Assembly: GCA_038087875.1 (NCBI GenBank)
Contig: CM075988.1
Coordinates: forward strand, 18,726,001-18,790,000
Direction: 5' to 3'
Source: Malacoraja senta
Taxonomy: Eukaryota
DNA length: 64,000 nt
The position numbers and the translations under genes were made by a program. A model generated the notes under the pieces. The model did not search any database. It had not been told where the DNA came from and saw nothing but the letters and a program-made list of their open reading frames with translations. Below are positions 12,301 to 25,646 of this stretch, in pieces. The stretch's first letter is position 1. Every line of letters starts with the position of its first letter.

Positions 12301-12797
12301 AGGGCCTGTCCCACTTACTCGACCTTGGCTCGCAAATTACGCGACCTCGTGGTCGCTTGAGGTGTACGGGCTCCGCATGGCTGCGCGGGGCCGGTCCCAC
12401 TTAGAGTTGTGCGGGGCTGGTCCCGACATTGCGCGGGGCTCCGAAATTCTAGCAGTGGCCGAAATTTTCGCGCGCCAACGGCCTGTCGGCACGCAGGCGC
12501 ATTGCTGTCGTACGCAGCGTCTTGTCGGCGTACGCAGCGTCTTGACGGCGTACGCCTAGCGCATGGCGTTGCACGATGACGTCACCGCCCGGCATGGCGT
12601 TGCATGATGATGTCACCGCCCGACGCCGTGCGACGCCCAAATTCATTCGGCCCGCCGCCTGCCCAACTGATTGGTAAGCATGACGCAAATGATGTCACGC
12701 GCGAACTTAGCGCGTACTTAGCGCGTACTTTGCGTGAACTCCGCTTCCGTTTGGTCGTGCCAAACGCACGCAATTGCATGCAAGTGGGACAGGCCCT
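12301..12797. mobile_element. PIF/Harbinger-type MITE, CpG-rich
   Basis: TIRs AGGGCCTGTCCCACTT / AAGTGGGACAGGCCCT flanked by TTA and TAA; it splits a Penelope-derived unit (gtgctgga...cgggtcaggcagcatc). Confidence 0.8.
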
Positions 12798-13849
12798 TAA
12801 GTTAACGGGTCAGGCAGCATCTCTGGAGAACATGGATAGATGACGTTATACGTCAGGTCCCTTATTTAGAACAGGTCACTCAGGCCCCTCAAGCCAATTC
12901 TGCTATTCAACATGATCATGGCTGATCTGCAAGGAGGATGTTTCCTTTGGAATCTCAGTCTCCAGAAAATAAAAATTGGATCAACCATTGAGATCTAAGA
13001 TGAGGAGAGATTTCACCATCCAGAGGAGTAAGTGTTTGGAATTGTTCATGTTGGAGGCATTGGAAGCTCAGTCACTGAGTGATTGATTGACTGAAAGATA
13101 TGTCAATGTCTTTGTGATACTGACTAATAATATCAATCTGGAAGCAGGCCCTTCGGCCCACCGAGTCCATGCCGACCATCGATCAACCGTTCAGTAGTTC
13201 TACAGTATGTTATTCTAATTTATCATCCACCCCCAACCCATAATGAAGGAAGCCAGGGATCACGAGGGAAAGCCATGTGGACAAAGGGAGAACATGCAAA
13301 CTCCACGCGGACAGCAGCTGAGGCCAGGATCAAACCTAAGTTGCAGGAGCTGTGAGTCAGCGACACCAAGATAATATAATTAAATTAATTGCTTTTTATT
13401 TTTGAGGGCTAAGGAATAATTTGGAAAAATAATACAATTGGTAATGACAAGAAAGTCCTGTGATTCACAGCGTTTAAATAATGACATCTACTCGAGTCAG
13501 GTCACCATGACTACAGAATGAAATGAAAGCTAATCAGTTAACCTCAAATTAGAAGATAATTTATACTCTGTTATAAGTGGCACACCTGACCTTAAAGCAG
13601 TTTACATCGTCAAGCCGTTGAGAAAAATATGAGTCAATATTTCAACACACTTTCGGATAAAGTTAGGAGCTGCTAGTATTCACAGGGAATCTCCTCGATA
13701 ATCTGAGTGTAACTCTGTGAGCAAGCAGCATTGCAGGAGTCGGCACAGTGTCAGCCTTAACCTGAGAGGACACATTGACAGCAATAACAAGAGGAGGTTT
13801 TGTGAACTGAAGTCCAGGGGACATCATGTACTGTACAAAATAACTGAGT

Positions 13850-14580
13850 CGTGGAGCATGGAAACAGGCCCTTTGACCCAACTCCATGCCGACCAGCATG
13901 CCCCCTCTAGGCTAGTCTCTCCTGCCTGCATTTGGCCCATATCCCTCTAAACCTTCCCTATCCATGTACCCGTCCAAATGCTGTTATGGTACTTGCCTCA
14001 ACTAAATACTCTGGCAGCTCGTTCCATATACGCACCACACACTGTGTGGAAAATGTGGGCCCGCAGGTTCCTATTAAATCTTTCCCCTCTCACCTTAATT
14101 CCTGTACTTAATTTCCTAACCCTGGGAAAAAGAGTCTATGCATTTACTGTCTGTGTTCTTCATGATTTTATACACCTCTATAATGCCATAAGATATAGGA
14201 ACAGAATTTGGCCATTCGGCCCATCAAGGCTGCTCTACCATTCGATTATGAATGATCTATTTCTCTCTCTCAACCCCATTCTGCTGCCTACTCCCCGCAA
14301 TCTTTGACGACCTTACTATCAATCTCGACTTTAAACATATTCAACAGCCATAGCTCCATTGCCAGCTGGGGGAATGAATTCCACAGATTCACCACCCTCT
14401 AGCTAAAGAACTTCCCCCTCACACCTCACATAATATCACCTTTTGCCTTTCAGCCTTTTGCACTCCAAGGAATAAAGCCCTAGCCTTCCAAGCAATCTTC
14501 CTATAACTCAGGGTCTCGAGTCCTGGCAACATCCTCGCAAATCATCTCTGCACTCTTTTCACCTTAATGGCATCCTTCCG
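13850..14580 (-). mobile_element. Nested CR1-like 3' fragments
   Basis: ggaaacaggccc tail, catatccctctaaacc, and an inner copy with ggccattcggcccatc and cacagattcaccaccctct. Confidence 0.7.
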
Positions 14581-15956
14581 GGAATGTGGTGGAAGTGATG
14601 GGCGTCTGGTCACCAGGAGGTCAACAAGTTAATGGGATTGCAATGTGGTCAGACCCTTCTCCCAGGCACCCTAGGCTCAATGAGGCGATCACTGCTGGAA
14701 ACTACGGCACCATCTGTGCTTTTAAAGGTCTCCAATCGATTTGATGGCTCGGGCTTTGGAAAGGTGAGATGACAATGGATGGGCTGGTTTTCCGAAAGTG
14801 CACAAAATGATTTAAAAATGGATGAGCAGTGGCATTAAAGTGATGGATGGACAGATACACTGTCTGATCCCGGGCACTTTTCCTCAGCAAGAGCCTCGAG
14901 AGGGTGGGAGAATGGTTTGAATGATATGGTGGATGAGTGTTGAGTCAGAGGTCGGGATGCTTTTTGTGGAGCAGGGAAAGCAAGGACAAATACATGAATA
15001 GACAATAGACATTAGGTGCGGGAATAGGCCATTCGGCCCTTTGAGCCAGCACCGCCATTCAATGTGATCATGGCTGATCATCCCCAATCAGTACCCCTTT
15101 CCTGCCTTCTCCCCATATCCCCTGACTCCGCTATCTTTAAGAGCCCTATCTAGCTCTCTCTATCTAGAAGGCCAAATTAAGATTATTTTGTTATTTTGAC
15201 CCGGAATTCCATCTATCCATCCCCTCCACAGATGCTGCCTGACTTGCTGAGTTCTTCCAGCGCTTTGTGTCTTGGTCAATATTGCAGCATCTGTGGGGTT
15301 TTTGTGTCCCCATATTTCATTTTCCATTTTTGGCGGAAGGATCGGGAACCTCATTGAGATGCTCCGGAATTTTCCGCCTGCAGGTCTTGTGGAAGAAGGT
15401 TCAGTTGCGACCTTCGAAAGGAATTAGATGAGCAAGACGCAAAGGAATCCCGCAAATGCAGGAGACCTGAAACAAAACCAGAAAATGCTGGAAACATTCA
15501 GCAGGTCAGTCAGCATCTGTGAAGAAATGAACATTGTTGATGAAGAAGACACAAGGAACTGCAGGTGCTGGAATCCTTTGCAAAGCACAAAGTGCTGGAG
15601 TAACTCTGGGGGTCAGGCGGCATCTGTGGAGGAAATGGATAGGTGATGTTTCGGGCCTGAACTCGATGCATCTTAAAACTGATTAATTTCTATTTTTAAC
15701 ACAGTTCTGATGTAAAGTCTTTCCCTGAAATGTTGTGCAAACAGAATATTCTGGAAACACCTGGCAGATCAGGTGTAACTGTGGAGAGAAATGCAAACAT
15801 GAAATGTTTCAGGTAATAGATCCTTCATCAGAACATAGACTGAAACGTTGATTCAGACTCTAACGCAAGCGATGGTTCCCTTGCAAGAGGCAGGGTGAGA
15901 GGGGGTGGAGTCATGGTAACAGTGGGATTCCATGGATTTATAGTAGACGTCAGTCG

Positions 15957-16330
15957 GTCTGAAGAAGGGTCTCGAACCCGAAACGTCACCTATTCCTTTT
16001 TTCTGGAGATACTGTCTGACCCGCTGAGTTACTCCAGCTTTTTGTGTTTATCTTCAGTCGATAGACTGTTCCCTGTGATGGAGTCAACAATGCAGTTTGA
16101 AGGTGTACGCTACTGACAAAGAGTGTAGGGAGGAACTGCAGATGCTGGTTTAAACCAAAGACAGACGCCAAACGCAGAACAAACTCAGCAGGTCAGACAG
16201 CCTCTCGGGAGAAAAGGAATAGGTGACGTTTCACCAAACAAGGGTCTCAACCTCAAACGCCACCTATTCCTTTTCTCCAGAGATGCTGTCTGACCCGCTG
16301 AGTTACTCCAGCGTTTTGTGTCTGTCTTCG
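15957..16330. mobile_element. Cluster of Penelope-derived short units with hammerhead-like core
   Basis: CTGAAGAAGGGTCTCGAACCCGAAACGTC at 15959-15987; an inverted pair at about 16127-16330. Confidence 0.75.
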
Positions 16331-17067
16331 AAACTGACAAAGAGTCTTCGACCTGAAATTTTTACTCTGTTTCTCTTTCCACGGTTACTTCCAGCATTTG
16401 ATGTGAGTTTATAATGGAGGTTTAAATGTGAACGGGATACCTGCTCCGTTAATGACTGAACATAAACCCGATGCACTCTGAAGGTCAGGAACTATACACA
16501 ACACTGTCTGTGACTGACTGCATTATAGATGGTAGCAGCATAGATGCAGGGCTTTGAGTGGAGTGACCTATTTATACTTAAGCAGAGATAAAGGGAAAGA
16601 GGAGAGACAGAGATCAAATGAGCAGCAGTACTCTGCTTGCTGGCATCCTGGTGTTGTGGTACATTCACTTATTTACCAAGAGAAGAGCGAGGTTGGATAA
16701 TGACAGCAACCTTTTGTCAAGAAAAGTAATTGTATGTGTTCCTTATATTCCCAGAAAACTAGAGATGAGGGGAACTTATAACTGATTTTTTGAGATCACC
16801 AACCTTCAATAACAAGCAATCAGCTTTATTATCGGCTGTGTCCAACGATGATAGTTGAAAGAAGTGTAAGCAGGCTGGTGGTTATAGAGTCATTGAGCAT
16901 GGAAACAGGCCCTTCAGCTAACATGGTAAGGTATGGCATGGTAACTTTATTTGTCTTATGTACCGAGGAACAGTGAAAATCATTTTTGTATACAGTTCAG
17001 TACAAGTATCACTATAAGTAAGCACTTAGATACATATTATTTGGAATCTGGAATATTAGATAAGCAT

Positions 17068-17280
17068 ATGATAGACACAAAATGCTGAAGTAACTCAGCG
17101 GGACACGCAGCATCTCTGGAGAGAAGGAAAGTGTGACGTTTCAGGTCTAGACCCTTCTTCAGTCTCAACCCGAAACGTCACCCATTCCTTTTCTCCAGAG
17201 ATGCTGCCCTGTCCCGCTGAGTTACTCCAGCATTTTGTGTCTATCTTCGGTTTAAACCAGCATCTGCCGTTCCTTCCTAT
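17068..17280. mobile_element. Fold-back Penelope-derived insertion with 15-bp TSD
   Basis: Minus copy then plus copy; TSD ATATTAGATAAGCAT (17053-17067) / ATATTAGATGAGCAT (17281-17295). Confidence 0.85.
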
Positions 17281-18231
17281 ATATTAGATGAGCATCTCAG
17301 ATACAGTACACGTGTATAGCAGTGGTACACTGCGACAGTATACAGAGTCGCCACTTTGGCACCATTTTCAAGTCCCAGTTGTTGTAAGTGTGGGGTTCCT
17401 GATCTGACCATGAAGGCCGTTGCAGGGTCGGCCTGGCCAATGGTAGCCGTCGGTGTCCTCCGCCGTTGCTCCACCGCTGTCGGCCGCATCCGGTCCACGT
17501 GCTCGATCTTGTCCGCGCTGACCAAAAGAAGCCACATTTTGACGTTCTCCCTGCCTCCACTGTAATGCTGCCTTCACCTTTGCCGATAATCTCCATTGAG
17601 GAAGGACTTTTAATCTGAAGCTGCTGGAGATCTTATGAGAAGATTTGAAGGGGGAGTTGGCTGTGGTTCTTCGGGAGAACTCATCGGAAGGAGCAACGGT
17701 GGACAGGCAATGGTTAACGTTTTAAAAGAAATGATCCATAAATTGCCAAGACAATAATTCCGCCCGGGTACAAAAGCCAACAAGGAAAGTGATTCATCCG
17801 TGTCTGACAAGAGATAATAAAGATAGTTTTAAATCCAAGGAAGAAGCTTGTAAAATTGACAGAAATAGCAGTCAGCCAGAGGATTGGGAGCAATTTAGAA
17901 CTCAGCAAAGGAGTACCAAAAATGGATAAAGCCAGAACATGTGGATAAACTACAGTAAACATATAAATGGATGGGAGAGCCTTTATAGATATGTAAAAAG
18001 ACAAAGATATCCAGGCCAATTATGATTCCCTTGGTAACACAGACCAGACCACTTTTTTATAATGTGCTAAAATGCTAAGAACTATATACTGCATTCACTA
18101 GCTTCACCATTGCTCCCTCCATTGTGTTTGAGTTAGACTTGATTGTATTTATGTATGGTATTATCTGATCGGTTCGATTAACAGGCAAAACAAAGCTTTT
18201 CTCTGTAGCTCGGTACACGTGACAATAATAA

Positions 18232-18549
18232 AAGCCCTGTCCCACGGTACGAGTTCATTCCAAGAGTTCTCCTGAGTTTGCCCTGATTCAAACTCTGAGA
18301 TTTACGGTAACGGCCACTCGTCGGTACTCGGGACTCTCGTGGACATATTTCAACGTTGAAAAATCTTCACGAGTCTTCCCGTGCTTACCTGCCGTTAACG
18401 AGTCTTCCCGAGTACCTGCCGTTCGCGCTAAGAGACGTCCCCGAGCTCCTACGTACCTGCTACGTTCATTCTCCGTGCTTACCACGAGTTTGATTTTTTA
18501 AAAACTCGGGAGAGCTCTTGGAATGAACTTGTACCGTGGGACAGGGCTT
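18232..18549. mobile_element. PIF/Harbinger-type MITE with ~48-bp TIRs
   Basis: AAGCCCTGTCCCACGGTACGAGTTCATTCCAAGAG... and its reverse complement at the right end; TAA TSD at 18229-18231 and 18550-18552. Confidence 0.88.
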
Positions 18550-18616
18550 TAAACCTAAACCTATAAGAGGGAATTAGGAAATGGCAGAGGAATTAAACTG
18601 TTACATTGTGTCTGAT

Positions 18617-18947
18617 TTAGTTTAGTTTAGAGATTTGCTACCTCTAGCAAATCTAGAAACAGGCGTTAACAGGCTCTTCGGCGCACCGAATCCGCACCGA
18701 CTAGCGATCTCCGCACATCAACACTATCCTACACACACTAGGGACAATTTACATTGATATCAAGCCAATTAACCTACAAACCTGCATGTCTTTGGAGTGT
18801 GGGAGGAAACCGAAGATCTCGGTGAAAACCCACGCAGGTCACAGGGGGAACGTACAAACTCTGTACAGACAGCAGCTGTAGTTGGAATGGAACCTGCGTC
18901 CCTGGCGCTGTGGCGGCAACTCTGCCTCTGCGCCACCGTGCCGCCCA
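18617..18947 (-). mobile_element. HE1-like V-SINE
   Basis: (gttta)n tail, V domain, tRNA-like head ending gccaccgtgccgccc. Confidence 0.85.
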
Positions 18948-21900
18948 CGGGAGAAGGCATACAAAATCTGTCAGGAAAATCAAAGACACAAGAGTCGAAC
19001 GAGAATGAGGAACCCAAGGAACTACGAGTGAAAACGCGAGAGGTTGGTGAGCTGGAAAACGGATGCATCTTAAGGAGCTGCTGGTTTACATCACGGAGTT
19101 TGGAACGAGGTGATTGTGCAGATGATGGATACTCTGGTCTTCATCTTCCAGAGCTCTATGCTTCGTGGTATGGTTCTTGTGGATTAGGAGGTAGTAAACT
19201 AGACTGCATTATTTAAGGAAAGAGGGAGAGAGAAAACTGTTAACCCAATGTCAGCGGCAGAGAATGCGATGGACCCGACAACGAAGCATTAACAGAACAT
19301 CATGAAATGAACAACAGAATGGAAAGGGGTTCTTTGACCTACAGCGTTCTTTAATTACCTCCCGCCAACCAGCAAAGGCCTCACCTCTGGATTGAAGGAA
19401 TGGGTGACGATTCGGGTCACGACCCTTCTTCAGACTGCCTGAAGAAAGGACTTGACCTGAAACCTCTCCCATTCCTTCTATCCAGAGATGCTGCCTGTTC
19501 CGCTGAGTTACTCCAGCATTTTGTGTCTATCTCCAGTGTAAACCAGAATCTGTAGTTCCTTCCTACACAGAAAAAGGCCCCATTTGTGCCTCCTCCATTT
19601 CATGGGAGCCAGCTAATCTACTGTCCAGGAAATCCACGCTGTCACAGGGAGAACGTGCAAACTCCTCACAGGCAGCACCCGAGGATTGAAGCCTAGTTTC
19701 TGGCACTGTGAGGCAGCAGCTCTACTGGTTGTGCCACTGTGCCACCTTCTTCGTCGACTCTAAGAAACAGTTAGACAGGGACGGGTTTGGAGGGATATGG
19801 GCTAAACGCAGGCTGTTGGGACTAGTGTAGCTGGGACATTGGCCGGAGTGAGCAAGTTGGGCCGAAGGGCCTATTTCCTCGCTGTATGACTCTATGACGC
19901 CATGACTTTCAATCACACAGTTTAAGCAGGAAGCAGGTATCTCTTGGAGTCCTCTGTTGCTATTGTCAACACTACAGGGGATGTAGTGCACAGAAACTGG
20001 CATTCAGCCCAGGCACCTTGCTGGCATTTATGCTCCAGAGAAACAGCCACTCTCTTCTCTCATCTAAATCCTTCAGCGTGATCCTTCCTCTAATCCTTCC
20101 TCTCTCACATGTTTCTACAGGCTTACCTTAATTATACAACGGCATTCGTCCCAACCATTCCCTGTTGGAATGAGCTCCACATTCCCACTACTCTATGAAC
20201 AAAGAAGGAACCTCTTGGATATCTTGGCGACCATCTGATATTGGTAGTGCTTTTACACAGACATGAACACATCTACGCATCCAATCTCTCAGAAAGTGGT
20301 TTTATGAGGCTTTTAGATAGGCACATGGATATGCAGGGGATGGAGGCATTTGGATCACGTACAGGCAAAAGAGATTAGTTTAACTTGGCATCATATTCAG
20401 CACAGATAATGTGGGCCGAAGGGACTGCTCCCGTGCTGTGCTGTTCAATGTTCTATGTTCTCAAATATGGGATACATTGTAAGAAAAATAAACTGCAGAT
20501 GCTGTGCAGGAGGAACTCAGCAGGTCAGGTAGTATCTGCTAAGGAAAATGGACTGATGACGCTTCAGGTCAGTTCTGAAGAAGGGTCCCAACCCAGAACG
20601 TCATCAATCCATTCCCTCCACAAATGCTGCCTGACCCTCTGAGTTCCTCCAGCACTTTTCCTTTCTTGCTCAACAATTCTAAGTAACCTCAACCGGAAGG
20701 TCAGGTATTAGGGACCTTATATCCTCTGTAAATCCACACTTGGTTCATGTCTGCTCAATAATGGGTTCCTACGGATGCGCCCTTGGTTTTTTTGTCAAAC
20801 TTTGCTGGTTCAACATGTGTTGCATTGGTTGAAGTTTAATGGGGCACTAGCTGTAGTTTAATGGGGCCTTGTCTCAAGACAGTACAGCACCATGCAACTC
20901 TTATCGGCTCAGGGTTTGCCTTGTTTGCCAGCTTCTGCTGTTTGATGGATGACATCTGCTAATGCTTCTGTTCTCCGCTCTCAGTTACGTGCGCTCCATC
21001 CATCATTAACGTTTCGGTCTGATGTCTTTTCCAGGTTTCCAGTCTCCGTGGCGTTTCACGCATGCATTAAAATTTTTATTTTCGGTTAATGACGTTCAAG
21101 GCATATTTTTTCCTTCCGTGTGGGCTATGAAAGCTGCCCTTACTCCTGGCATCCACGTCTCATGAATGGATATAAAAAATAAAACAAATTAATGGACACC
21201 CATATTCTAAACCAACGATACACAGGGCGACCTTTATTTCTTTGTCTATATGCATGGATGTCGTTAGCAACCGGTAACTAGCAAGAGACGATGCTTACGC
21301 ATTTAGAATTCAATCCAGTTATCCTATCACATTATACAGATCGAAATAACAAGAAACAAATTGGAATTTCAAGTGTTGTGTTGACAGTAATTTAGTTCTT
21401 GGCTTTTCATTAAATGTGACTTCAAATAGCTAACTACAAAGAGGCTTGTGGATCCCTATCTGTAATAATGTTGAATAACAAGTTCTTCAAATGCAGAATT
21501 GACTTGAGCACTTATCTCGGTTTGTACAGTGCAAAAAAATATAAAAGTTGTGTCGGTGCCTGCAGTCCTTGTTTACCAATATGCTTAAATATGAAGGACA
21601 CAGTTGTAATTCTGTGTAAAACAGGCGACCAGCAGCAGCTGTTAATGCAATGTCACGAGGAGTTGGCAAAGATTGCAGTAATGTGGATGGATGGGTTTTG
21701 GCAGGCTGGCCACCAAATGGAGAGTGTGTTATTTGGCACGCGGGCGCAGTATCAGTGAAGGGAGCCATGATTGGAGTCCACGCACGTGCTGAAGTGAACG
21801 AGCAATTCTGCAGAATTTCAGCAAGACAGAGCAAGGCAGGAGGCATGTAATTGCAAGCGAGAGAGACCCTGGTCGAGAGCATGTTAATGGAGCTTTACAG

Positions 21901-22277
21901 AGCCTTTCCTTACTGTATCAGGACTATTGGTTGCTAGGTCAGTGAAATCTGACGGGAGGCAAACTGACAGGACTGTCCTATTCTTTCATCTCGTCCTTTT
22001 ATGATGACCATGCTTGGATTAGCACGTTTCAGATCAGGCCAGATTCGTTTATTGTCATATACACCAGGCTGCAGTGAAATTCCTTGTTCACATGAGACTC
22101 ACAGAGTAAAAAGTATACTGTACGTACCATAATAATACACTCAACGATAAACGAAGTGACGACTCTGAATCGTCGGAGGTTGGAGGGAGACTTGATGGAA
22201 GTATGTAAAATTATGAGAGGCATAGATAGGGTAGACAGTCAGAACCTTTCTCCCAGGATGGAAATGTTCAACACTAG

Positions 22278-22568
22278 AGGGCGACGTGGTGGTGCAGCTG
22301 TAGAGTTGTTTCCTTGCAGCACCAGAGACCCGGGTTCGATCCTGACTATGGTAAATAGTTTGCAACTTCTCCATGTAACCTGTGTGGGTTTTCCCCAGGT
22401 TCTCAGGTTTCCTCCAACACTCCAAAGACATACAGGTTTGTTGGTTAATTGGCTTTGGTAAAGATTGTAAATTGTGCCTAGTGTGTAGGATGGTGCTAGT
22501 GTACGTTAGTCTCTGATCGCTGGTCGGCACATACACGGTGGGCTGAAGGGCCTGTTCTGTGCTGTATC
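22278..22568 (+). mobile_element. HE1-like V-SINE adjoining a CR1 fragment (22165-22278)
   Basis: ggtgcagctgtagagttg...ccgggttcgatcc; upstream translation RRRLEGDLMEVCKIMRGIDRVD. Confidence 0.85.
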
Positions 22569-24957
22569 CGTGTGGTCCCGGGGAGCCGCTCTCGAACAAC
22601 CGCGCGGCCGCCGACCGGAGCGGCGACTGACGACCGGAACGCGCTCCAGTAGGCCCGACTCACCCCACAGGCCTCCCAGGGGACTGCGGAGAAGCCTGGC
22701 GATTAGGCCTACCTAGGTCGAAGGAGCCTCAGTGGCGGCAGCGATGGGAGCCTTGGTTCATTTTTGCTGAATGGTTAACACAGCAATTTTCCAATGAACA
22801 ATTGTGCAGCAATATGTATGTCCAGCATAAATTCAAGGCCTGTTCTCACATTTCGCTGGAATTCTTCATTTTTATTTTATCATCCCTGAATCTAATCTCT
22901 CCATCATTGGCAGCTGTTTCTTCAGTTACAGTGACCCTAAATTGTGGAATTCTTTCTCTGATCCTCTCTGCCTCTCTCTTCCTTTAAAATTCTCCATTGA
23001 ACAATGTTTAAAAGGCATTTAGGCAGCGAAATTGATAGGAAATATTTAAAGGGATATGAGCCAAACTGATAATTGAGACTAACTCAGATAGACAACTTGA
23101 TCAACATAGACCACTTGGGTCGAAAGGCCTATTCCCGTGCTGAATAAGTCTATGAATCTCTGACCTGCATCTGTCTTGTATTTTGGGAAGTCAAACCAAG
23201 GCAGGACCTTTCCAGTGAGTGGCAGGGCTCTGGGGAGTGTTGTAGAGCAGTGGTATATAGAAGTGCAGGTGCATAGTTCCTTGAAATTTGCGTCACAGGT
23301 AGATAGTAGATAGTGTGGTCAAGAAGGCTTTCAGCACATTGGCACTCATCAGTCAGGGTATTGAGTAGAGAGGTTGGGCTGTTATGTTACAGTTGTACAA
23401 GACTTTGTTGAAGTCACATTTGGAGTATTGTGTTCTGTACTTGACAGGTAGATGGAAAGAAAAGATTTGGATAGAAATGGGCCAAGCGCAGGCAGGTGGG
23501 ACAAGCTTAGATGGGGCATCCTTGTTGGCATTGACGAGATGGGCTGAAGGGCCTGTTTCTGTCCTGGATGACTCTGTAAGAAACAAACATGTCCTCAACA
23601 ATGACAGGACGTCCAGTGAGTTAGGATGGAGACTGCCGCTGCTCCTGCCCTTGGGCAGAATAACCAGGCCAGTGCAGAATCCATATTGATGATGTTTTTG
23701 GTCCAATTTAATTGGAGTTTCTCATTACACTCAGAACTGCGGGAGCTTCACCCTGTACGTGGAGGACGTTGAACTCCAGGAGGGAGTGGGGAAAGGCTGA
23801 CTGTGAGGAGAATATTAACGACACCAGCTCGGAGAACAGATCAAGGCTGCCCTGAGGATATTTTGCGTGCACGCACTCCTCAGCTTGGCAGGTTGAAAGG
23901 GATGAGTTGCATTAAGCTGCTCTGTATCGGAGACAGGGAACAAGGCTCGGAAGGTTGTTAAGTTCTCGCTGTTAAAATAGCTGCAAAACACAATGAGCCT
24001 GAGAACTAGTGTGTATTTTATTCTGGTCTATCATCAACCAACAAAAGCTATGGTGCACATGAAGCCTTGAAATACCAATCTCAGCCCAGTTGCCCTATTT
24101 ACATGTGGTGTCATAAATACACAACACAGCCATTTCTTCCTCCGTGATCATTTTATGGCCCATTGTAGCTCTCTCCATCGCAAACAACCCCAGATTGAAG
24201 GTAGACACAAAATGCTGGAGTAACTCGGCGGGTGAGACAGCATCTCTGGAGAAAAGGAATGGGTGGCGTTTCGGGTCGAGAATCCCAGATTGAAATCATC
24301 TTCTGCCTCTGTGGGTGGAAGAACTTCAGTTTTCCGTGGCGCTGCTCAACTTAGTATGTGAAATGCTTCAGCGCTGATTTCTCCAATGGTTCCTTTATTA
24401 TCACGTAAGTAAGTAAGTAATTTTTATTTATATAGCACGTTTAAATCAACTCGCGTTGAAATCAAAGTGCTTTACATAGAAGAAGTTAGGTTTCCATACA
24501 TCCATACATTTGATCTGGTATTTTGTTGGTTCACATGCTTGCTCAATGGTGTTTTATCATTAATGTTTTATTATTATTAATGTTTAGTGTTTTCTGAGTC
24601 ATTCGTAACTGTCACTGTATGTCATGTTGTTACTTGTGGGCGGAGCACCAAGGCAAATTCCTTGTATGTGAATACTTGGCCAATAAACTTACTTACTTAC
24701 ATAAAAGATTTAAAAAAAGAAAAACGACACAACACACTATTGAATTGAACATGAATGTCCCCCCCACAGCAGAATCAACATTTTCCAATGTGAGGAAAGG
24801 CACTATAAACTTCAGTCCTCTTCCTAGGTACCTTCTACCTAGGTACAGAGAAATTATTTTTTTGCAAACAGATCAGTAAGATTATTGCCATGCACAAGGA
24901 CGAACCAGCATTAAGTACCGAATGCATAGAAACAACAGCTCATTGAGTCCATAATAA

Positions 24958-25190
24958 GTTTATTTTGTTTATTGTCACGTGTACCGAGGTACAGTGAAAA
25001 GCTTTTGTTGTGTGCTACCCAGTCAGCGGAAAGCCCATTCCTGATTACAATCGAGCCATTTACACTGATAAGGGAATAACGTTTAGTGCAAGGCAAAGCC
25101 AGCAAAATCTGATCAAGGATAGTATGAGGGTCACCAAAGAGGTAGATGGTAGTGCAGCACTGCTCTCTGGCTGTGGTAGGATGATTCCAC
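24958..25190 (-). mobile_element. 3' end of an abundant non-LTR element (Rex1-like tail family)
   Basis: tttattgtcacgtgtaccgaggtacagtgaaaagctttt...; related copies at about 36240-36480, 40570-40765, 50490-51080 and 62715-62975. Confidence 0.6.
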
Positions 25191-25440
25191 GTGTGCAAGA
25201 GTCGCCATGTTTTGTCGCCATCTTCACAGTCCCGGCCTCAGCTGGCCATAAAGGCCCATTGCAGCCGTCACCTCCATCCAGATCGCCAGCTAACTGTTCT
25301 CCCCTCTACTAGCCTTCAGCCTTCGTGCCTTCGTGCCCCGGGTGCACCTCCTGCAGCCAACCTTAAGGGCACGGAAGGCAAGATGTCCCGACTAGATATC
25401 CCTCCATTCCCTGCAATTCCATGTACCTATCCAAAGCCTC

Positions 25441-25548
25441 CACAGACACACAGACATAGATACACATGCACACATACACATACATGCACACATGCATACA
25501 CAGATGCAAACATGCACGCACACAAACACACACACACACACACACACA

Positions 25549-25643
<95 letters not shown>
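25441..25643. repeat. (CA)n microsatellite with degenerate 5' part
   Basis: About 95 bp of perfect CA preceded by CA/TA/TG-interrupted units. Confidence 0.98.

Positions 25644-25646
<3 letters not shown>

Noticed and set aside
13663..13790. Minus-strand coding exon after tgtgtcctctcag
   Set aside because: All frames close within about 100 nt, the peptide is unrecognisable and no partner exons were found.
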